37,259 bases of DNA from an uncultured Bdellovibrionales bacterium (GTDB taxonomy: Bacteria; Patescibacteriota; Minisyncoccia; Moranbacterales; UBA2206), in NCBI GenBank assembly GCA_964516165.1, contig CAZEYB010000002.1, positions 1 to 37,259 of the forward strand. The letters are read 5' to 3'. The stretch's first letter is position 1, and every line of letters starts with the position of its first letter. Shown one piece after another: positions 14,590 through 20,514 of this stretch. The position numbers were made by a program, and so were the translations under genes. A model generated the notes under the pieces. That model did not search any database, had not been told where the DNA came from, and worked only from the letters and a program-made list of their open reading frames with translations.

Positions 14590-15591
14590 TTAATTGGATT
14601 GCCGTAATTTATTTGTAATTATTTTATCAACATTCCTATCAAAACAGTAGTTGCCCTTACTATATGTCCATTCGTTATCATTTTCGTTATACGGATATCC
14701 CGACTCATCCGTTTTATAATCAGTACTCGCTCGCTTGAAATCCGCACATAATTTGTAACTAGTAACCCCAACCTTCTTATATATTATTAGTTTGGTTATT
14801 GTTTTGTTAAAGTAATAATCATTCTTTTTTAAATCATCTAGAGAGGAAGGCAACATTGAATTTTCTTTGTAATAATCTGAGATCTGATTTTCTATCATTC
14901 TAAGGTTGGAAACGGTTTGCTGGTCTATTTTCTTATCTCGGCTGGCAAAAGGACTATCAATAATGGTAAATCCCATAACAATGCTTCCTAACGCAACTAG
15001 TATGACTATTCCAGCTAAAATTTTATTTGTCGAATTTATACTCCCGACCATATTCTTCTTTTTTATATCAATCAGATAATAGAAGAAAATTGATCCGGCT
15101 ATCGCTAAAACTACTACCGTTTTCAAAATAAATCTAGCCACAATGTCCCCGCTAAGCATGTTATAAACAAGCGATATCAAATCGCCTAAAATAGTACCAG
15201 CAGTAAGAAATAATATAATATAAGTCAGCCATTTTCTAATTTTAGAGTCTTCCGATATTTTTCCTTCATATAAATATTTATTAATCAAATAAGCCAGAGC
15301 AAGATAAACTGGAGTAGCGATAATAAGAGACGCAATGCCGTATTTAACAGCACCTTGGTAAAAATAGCCAATATAATCGTATTCCAAAGCGGAAGTGTCT
15401 GAAATATTTTTGTTTATTATTTGGAATAATATTGCTCCTACGCCTGTACTGAAAGAACATAAAGAAAGAAAAGATACTAAATAAAGAAAGAAATGCATGG
15501 CAGGATTTTTAGACTCATTAGCGTTGGAAATAGGTTGAGGTGATGGTTGTTGATTATAATTTATCTGACTTTGATTGTCTTGATTTTCCAT
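14590..15591 (-). CDS. hypothetical multi-pass membrane protein (Q/N-rich N-terminus, 5-6 TM helices, Cys-containing C-terminal domain)
   Basis: 333-aa ORF. The hydrophobic segments are clear, for example FFLYLVSFLSLCSFSTGVGAILF and ILAGIVILVALGSIVMGFTII. It resembles the membrane proteins annotated as DUF5671 in CPR genomes; that comparison is from memory and unverified. Confidence 0.6.
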   Translation of the reverse strand: MENQDNQSQINYNQQPSPQPISNANESKNPAMHFFLYLVSFLSLCSFSTGVGAILFQIINKNISDTSALEYDYIGYFYQGAVKYGIASLIIATPVYLALAYLINKYLYEGKISEDSKIRKWLTYIILFLTAGTILGDLISLVYNMLSGDIVARFILKTVVVLAIAGSIFFYYLIDIKKKNMVGSINSTNKILAGIVILVALGSIVMGFTIIDSPFASRDKKIDQQTVSNLRMIENQISDYYKENSMLPSSLDDLKKNDYYFNKTITKLIIYKKVGVTSYKLCADFKRASTDYKTDESGYPYNENDNEWTYSKGNYCFDRNVDKIITNKLRQSN

Positions 15592-15646
15592 TTTATTTTT
15601 TTAAAAAATTAATTTATTTTATACTAGTTTTCGCAGTTTATCGCTT

Positions 15647-15722
15647 TCAATCATATTTCATCTTCGTCCTTTCCATTATTTCCCGATTCACGATATTCTT
15701 GTCGCGGCCGAATTTCAAGCAA
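15647..15722 (-). pseudogene. relic of the last ~23 codons of a TraD/VirD4-like ATPase gene (direct-repeat copy of 17116-17180)
   Basis: 15656-15720 matches 17116-17180 at 61 of 65 nt. The relic reads LKFGRDKNIVNREIMERTKMKYD*; the intact gene ends LKFGRDKNIVNREIMERTKMKSV*. Confidence 0.8.
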
Positions 15723-15744
15723 CAGAAGTGAAGATTAATATCAC

Positions 15745-16329
15745 TCACATATCATCTATAGTATACAATTTATCCCTAACAATTGGTAGTTCGGTAACGC
15801 CCGCTTCTTCGTTGAAGTGACCCATAGCGTGCAGAACGATAATTTCCGAACCCAATTTATTTTTAAAATCTTCCCAATTGTCGAGCGACACATACGGATC
15901 GTTATCGGAAAAGATGGCGGCACTTTTGGGCAGATGTCTTCTCACTTTATCAGTATCAAGTGGCGTAGTTATCCATTCGCGGTCTACGTCAATTCCCATC
16001 GGCTCCTGCTCCAAATTAGTGATATGCTGGAAAAATCCAGCGACAAAAACCGCCCCGCCAACTTTGACATTTTCTGGCAAAGTAGCCAGATAACGGACAA
16101 TCGTCTGGCAGCCCATCGAATGGCCGACAAAATACGTTTCGGCGTCCGCTGTTCCAACCGCTTTGGCGAGCGCCGGCACCCATTTGGCAATTCTTGGCTC
16201 GCCAGCGTCCGGAAGCTGGGGCACGCTGACTGCAAAGCCTTTAGCTTCCAGTTCTTTTTTAAGCCAGGGGAACCAGTTTATTTCCGGAGAGCCGTCCCAG
16301 CCATGAATAATAAAAACTCTTTTTTTCAT
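15745..16329 (-). CDS. alpha/beta hydrolase, YdeN/RBBP9-like serine hydrolase family
   Basis: MKKRVFIIHGWDGSPEINWFPWLKKELEAKGF, the nucleophile elbow VGHSMG, and a C-terminal HAMGHF. The size (194 aa) fits PF06821-type serine hydrolases. Confidence 0.8.
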   Translation of the reverse strand: MKKRVFIIHGWDGSPEINWFPWLKKELEAKGFAVSVPQLPDAGEPRIAKWVPALAKAVGTADAETYFVGHSMGCQTIVRYLATLPENVKVGGAVFVAGFFQHITNLEQEPMGIDVDREWITTPLDTDKVRRHLPKSAAIFSDNDPYVSLDNWEDFKNKLGSEIIVLHAMGHFNEEAGVTELPIVRDKLYTIDDM

Positions 16330-16350
16330 AAATTTATTTCTGCTCTTTTT

Positions 16351-16379
16351 ATCTTACTAAAAAACCGCTTTATAGTCAA
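16351..16379 (-). promoter_or_regulatory. putative sigma70-type promoter of the hydrolase gene
   Basis: On the minus strand: TTGACT, a 17-nt spacer, TAAGAT. The -10 element ends 21 nt upstream of ATG 16329. Confidence 0.4.
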
Positions 16380-16417
16380 AAAATCCAGGTGGCGGAGATG
16401 GGGTATTTTTAAATTTC

Positions 16418-16478
16418 AAGGTCACAATTTGCGACCTTAGAGACTCGGTCTTTTTGGAAATCACAATTTGTGACTTCC
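16418..16478. promoter_or_regulatory. two related 21-23-bp palindromes (candidate operator pair or paired hairpins)
   Basis: 16418-16438 is AAGGTCACAATTTGCGACCTT and 16456-16478 is GGAAATCACAATTTGTGACTTCC. They share the core TCACAATTTGYGAC, and their flanks differ but stay self-complementary. Confidence 0.5.
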
Positions 16479-16551
16479 AATTCTGCCCGCTTGAAGCGCC
16501 CAAATGAAACTTCGACATCCTCTCCGTATGACTTCCCTAATAATAAAGTTA

Positions 16552-16582
16552 TTTACTCCCGTAAACTGGATTACGGGATTAT
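16552..16582. repeat. 30-nt inverted-repeat copy A (hairpin TCCCGTAA-n6-TTACGGGA), just 3' of the TrpR-like gene
   Basis: The reverse complement TAATCCCGTAATCCAGTTTACGGGAGTAAAT matches 17031-17061 (TAATCCCGTAATCCAGCTTGCGGGATTAAAT) with 3 mismatches. Confidence 0.75.
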
Positions 16583-16596
16583 CAAAATATATGTTT

Positions 16597-17013
16597 TTAT
16601 TTCTTAAGCAGGTTGCTCAAAAAATAATGCATCGGATATTTTTTGCGCACCCATTCCCGCGAAAAAGGTTCGGCCGGAATCATTTCCTTACTGGCGTATT
16701 TTTTCCTATATTTGTCTATAATTTTTTTATACCCCCCAAAACCGTTATTTAGCCATCTTTCCACATGGCTTATGGTAGTTCCTCCTACTTTCAAATCTTT
16801 TTTAATTTTTTCGTAACTTAGCCCTTCCAAAAGCATCTTCGCTATTTGAATCCTTCGAGTAATCATCACGGTTTCACTTAATGTCAGAAGATCTTTAAAA
16901 AAATTTTTGGCCTCATCCCGACTTCCAAAAAGAGCAACCATAGAATAGAATTCTCCCAAAAATTTTTTCTTTTGGTTCTCGGAAAGTTCGTGATATTTAA
17001 CTTTTCCAGGCAT
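16597..17013 (-). CDS. TrpR-like (YerC/YecD family) helix-turn-helix protein
   Basis: FFKDLLTLSETVMITRRIQIAKMLLEGLSYEKIKKDLKVGGTTISHVERWL follows the LLT..E...L..R..I...LL.G.SY..I......S.ATI.RV pattern of Trp-repressor-like YerC proteins. Confidence 0.7.
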   Translation of the reverse strand: MPGKVKYHELSENQKKKFLGEFYSMVALFGSRDEAKNFFKDLLTLSETVMITRRIQIAKMLLEGLSYEKIKKDLKVGGTTISHVERWLNNGFGGYKKIIDKYRKKYASKEMIPAEPFSREWVRKKYPMHYFLSNLLKK

Positions 17014-17030
17014 AAACGAAATTCATATCC

Positions 17031-17061
17031 TAATCCCGTAATCCAGCTTGCGGGATTAAAT
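17031..17061. repeat. 30-nt inverted-repeat copy B, just 5' of the TrpR-like gene and 3' of the ATPase gene
   Basis: See copy A. The stem is TAATCCCG/CGGGATTA. Confidence 0.75.
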
Positions 17062-17106
17062 ACCAAAAATAAATATAGATTATAGATACAGATAATTCAA
17101 GACCCA

Positions 17107-19599
17107 CTACACGCTTTTCATCTTCGTCCTTTCCATTATTTCCCGATTCACGATGTTTTTATCCCGGCCGAATTTCAAGCGGGAGAGTTCCTTAAGAGCG
17201 TTGGCGATTTCCTGGTCGCCAAAAGTCGGCGGATAAATAGTGATATTAAAAGGCTTGGTTAAAATATTATCGATTAGGATCCGGGCAAATCCCTGATAAT
17301 TATCAACATTCACCAAATCCTGTTTGGAAAAAACGGGGATAAAATTCTTTTCCAAAAATTCGGCGTCTTCCGGACCGACGCGGAAAGCTATCATCGAACC
17401 AACGTTGCCGAACACCGCTTTGGAAATTTCTTCTTTGAGCTGTCCGATGAACTGATGGGCTAGTACCAGACACAAATGATATTTTCGGGCCTCGGAAAGA
17501 ATCTGGGCGATAGAATTGGTCGTAACGTTCTGGAATTCGTCCAGATACAGATAAAAATCCTGTCTCTGATCTTCCGAGACGCTGGCGCGAGCCAGCGCGT
17601 TCATAAGAATTTTTCCGACCACAATCATACCGAGCAGCCGCGCGTTGATTTCTCCGATTTTCCCCTTGGAAAGATTAATCAGCAGAATTTTTTTATTATC
17701 CATCGCGTCGCGGAAATCAATGGTGGATTTCTGCTGAGCGATAATCGGCCGCATTAAATCGTTAGAAATAAAAGTCGTGAGTTTGGAAGTGATGTATGGC
17801 ACCATATTGGCGAGCGCCGCTTCGCCACCGGCTTTTTCCGCTTCCTTAGTCCAGAAATCCACCACGGTCGGATTGGCGCATTTTTTAATCTTCATGGCCC
17901 GAAACTCTTCATCCGCCAGAACTTTGGGAATTTCCATAAGCGTGGATCCGGACTCGGGATCCTCCATCACCAAAAGCATGGCGTTTCGCATATATTGCTC
18001 AAACATCGGGCCGCCCGTCTGCTTTAAATCGTACAATTGGTCAAAAATTCCGATCATTTCGTTGATGACGAAAGTTTTCTGCTCGGGATGGGCCGGATCG
18101 TATTCCATCATATTAAGCCCAAATGGCCGTTCGGTATCGGCCGGATCAAAAATAATCACTTCTTCCGCCCGCTCCTTGGGAATGGAAGCCAAAATATCCT
18201 CAATAGCGTCGCCGTGCGGATCGATGAAACAGAATCCCCGACCTTCTTTGGCATCCTGTTTGGCCATTTCCTGCAAGAAATTGGATTTACCCACTCCGGT
18301 CTGGCCGATGGCGTAAAGGTGGCGGCGGCGATCTTTGCCTGAAATCCTGATCGGTGTTTTCACTCCCCGATAATCGTTAAAACCGAGAATGATAGAATCA
18401 GGACCGTCAGGCGGAATGTCCACTGGCGGAGCGGAAGCGTTGGATTTAAGCATTTTTATCTTAGGTGTTTCCGTTGTCGAAATAGGCAAATGGAAAATGC
18501 TGGAAATTTCTTCGTTGTTTAAAATAATCGAATTTTCTTCGCTGAAATTCCGAAAAATAAAATTATAAGCGATATCTTTTTTCTTAACCCGCTTTTTTAC
18601 CTGAAAACAATTAATGTCCCCGTTTTCATATTGAGAAAAAGCGTTTTCCATTTGCCCGAGAATCATTTGCGCCCGTTCGGTTGTCGCCGCCGAAGCCACT
18701 AATCGGATATTAGCTTTATATCCCGTCTTACTGGCTTTGCTTTCAATGCTTTTCACTAATTCCTGCTCTTCCGGCGTTAATTGCACCAGTTTAGGTTCGG
18801 CTGGAAATGAACCATCCTTTTTTGGCGCCAACGCGCCGGACAGGGCTTTACTCAAGTCTATTCCCATTTTGGCGACAGCTGATCGCTCTACATCCTTAAG
18901 CCTCTTGCCCTGTTGCATTTCCTGGGCGATTTTCCGTCCTTTGGATCGCCAAGCAGAACCCGCCGGCTTGAGCACCAACTGAATCGCCGCTCCTTCAGCC
19001 ACTGTTTCAAGTTTTGAAAGAGCGTTGGTTATGGCGTTCAGAGGATCGACTTCCATGTTTTCATAGGTCCTCACGGGAAGCGTATACCTGTTTTTCAATT
19101 TAATAATCGAGGCTTCGGTAAAACTGCCCGGGAAAAAAATGTTATAATCCCGGGATTTTTCCAAAATAGCGTGAGGAAAAAAACTATGGATTTGTTTTTC
19201 AACCGATTCCCTGAATTTTTTCGGCAGGGCGATATAAAAAATTATTTCTTCGCTTTTGGCGCCGTTGGCGATTTCAAAGCTGATGCAGGGCGAACCGTAA
19301 ACGAACCGGTTAAAAACGCTTCTTGTATCTTTAATGGAAGAAAGAGCGGTAAGCAACTGCTCCATCGCTCCAATTTCTTCTTTCCACATTTCTTGCGCTT
19401 TTATTTTCTCGTTCGGCTCCGGTTTTTCCCCTTTGGAAACCCGGATTATCTCCAAATCCAGATTCATCGATTGATTGATTCCGGAGCGGAATCTCATGAC
19501 GCTTTGAACTACCATAAAAATACCGCTTACAAGAGAAGCGGAAGCGGATAAAAAAAGAGCAAGAACAATAAAATCGTTCAAATTAACAGTGAATATCAT
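17107..19599 (-). CDS. membrane-anchored P-loop ATPase of the TraD/VirD4/TraG (type IV coupling protein-like) / HerA-FtsK superfamily
   Basis: N-terminal TM helix FIVLALFLSASASLVSGIFMVV. Walker A is HLYAIGQTGVGKSNFL followed by CFIDPHGD. Walker B is DFYLYLDEFQN. The downstream LCLVLAHQFIGQL motif matches the coupling-protein-like ..TQ...QL block. Confidence 0.7.
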   Translation of the reverse strand: MIFTVNLNDFIVLALFLSASASLVSGIFMVVQSVMRFRSGINQSMNLDLEIIRVSKGEKPEPNEKIKAQEMWKEEIGAMEQLLTALSSIKDTRSVFNRFVYGSPCISFEIANGAKSEEIIFYIALPKKFRESVEKQIHSFFPHAILEKSRDYNIFFPGSFTEASIIKLKNRYTLPVRTYENMEVDPLNAITNALSKLETVAEGAAIQLVLKPAGSAWRSKGRKIAQEMQQGKRLKDVERSAVAKMGIDLSKALSGALAPKKDGSFPAEPKLVQLTPEEQELVKSIESKASKTGYKANIRLVASAATTERAQMILGQMENAFSQYENGDINCFQVKKRVKKKDIAYNFIFRNFSEENSIILNNEEISSIFHLPISTTETPKIKMLKSNASAPPVDIPPDGPDSIILGFNDYRGVKTPIRISGKDRRRHLYAIGQTGVGKSNFLQEMAKQDAKEGRGFCFIDPHGDAIEDILASIPKERAEEVIIFDPADTERPFGLNMMEYDPAHPEQKTFVINEMIGIFDQLYDLKQTGGPMFEQYMRNAMLLVMEDPESGSTLMEIPKVLADEEFRAMKIKKCANPTVVDFWTKEAEKAGGEAALANMVPYITSKLTTFISNDLMRPIIAQQKSTIDFRDAMDNKKILLINLSKGKIGEINARLLGMIVVGKILMNALARASVSEDQRQDFYLYLDEFQNVTTNSIAQILSEARKYHLCLVLAHQFIGQLKEEISKAVFGNVGSMIAFRVGPEDAEFLEKNFIPVFSKQDLVNVDNYQGFARILIDNILTKPFNITIYPPTFGDQEIANALKELSRLKFGRDKNIVNREIMERTKMKSV

Positions 19600-19613
19600 A
19601 AAAATTCATCTGA

Positions 19614-20102
19614 TTATATTTCCTTAATCAAGCCTTTTTTAACCAACGCGGAGTGCAACTCTTCTCCCAGTAACCGGTCATGAAATTCATCCAGCGTGTA
19701 ATTGTCTTCCATATGGCGAGCCACTTTCACCGCGTGCGGTATGCCTTTGATTTCAGCTAACTCAATTAAATTATTAATTTTACTTTCAGCGTCCATTCCC
19801 CGATTGGCCGCTTCCGCGTCAGCGGAAACATCCGCCGCGCCGGGAACGGCTGGTTTTTTAGTCGTTATCCCGGAAAGAATTTTGTAATAAACCGCCTCTC
19901 TTTCCGCCGAGTTTTCTTTCTCTTCCAGCCGCTTTTCAATGGCCTGCGTCAGTTCTTTTTCCGGTAGAGCTTCCGGTTTTTCCAAAGCGGTTTTTTTAAT
20001 CCCCGCTCCGCCGATAAATTTTTCCTTGAGATTAAGGTCATTTTCATCAATTGGCTCAAGATTAGGCTTTGTTTGGTCAGGCATAAAATTTATATTACCC
20101 AT
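19614..20102 (-). CDS. hypothetical soluble protein (acidic, Ala/Glu-rich), second-to-last gene of the ATPase operon
   Basis: ORF of 162 aa from ATG 20102; the track's 20105 start is a TTG. It ends 14 nt before the ATPase start. No motif recognised. Confidence 0.5.
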   Translation of the reverse strand: MGNINFMPDQTKPNLEPIDENDLNLKEKFIGGAGIKKTALEKPEALPEKELTQAIEKRLEEKENSAEREAVYYKILSGITTKKPAVPGAADVSADAEAANRGMDAESKINNLIELAEIKGIPHAVKVARHMEDNYTLDEFHDRLLGEELHSALVKKGLIKEI

Positions 20103-20186
20103 CAAATCTACAAATCTCTTACAAATCTACGAATTAGATTTTTTATTATTTGTATATTTGCAGTTGATTCGTTGATTTGCGGGAAA

Positions 20187-20483
20187 CTATTGTTTTTTCA
20201 TTTCTTCTTTAAAATCTTCCACTATTTTTTTTACCATTTCGTCGTAATTTTGGATTTTTTCAGCAAGAAATTTTTCCATTTCCTCCGGCGTGGCTTTGTT
20301 TTCAATCAATTGATTGTAAGCTTCCTGATCGTCATGGGATAATTTTTCCATCGTCTCGACAAAAATCCGTTTAAGCACCACTTCGGTCATTTTAATGAGC
20401 AGTTGCTCTTGCTTGTCTTGAGACAAGTTAGAAAGCCCCAGTTCGTCAATTAATTTTTTTTGAATCGCGTTTTGATCGGGCAT
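20187..20483 (-). CDS. small helical hypothetical protein (98 aa), CPR-typical family
   Basis: MPDQNAIQKKLIDELGLSNLSQDKQEQLLIKMTEVVLKRIFVETMEKL. It resembles proteins annotated as DUF5663 in Parcubacteria; that comparison is from memory and unverified. Confidence 0.55.
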   Translation of the reverse strand: MPDQNAIQKKLIDELGLSNLSQDKQEQLLIKMTEVVLKRIFVETMEKLSHDDQEAYNQLIENKATPEEMEKFLAEKIQNYDEMVKKIVEDFKEEMKKQ

Positions 20484-20514
20484 AATTTTTTAATAAATTT
20501 TTATACTTTATTAT

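Noticed and set aside
15745-16329. I considered the elevated GC of the hydrolase gene as stand-alone evidence for horizontal transfer.
   Set aside because: On sampled lines it is about 50-60 percent GC. The neighbouring ATPase gene and several core genes reach 45-52 percent, so composition alone does not discriminate. The flanking direct repeats are the real evidence.
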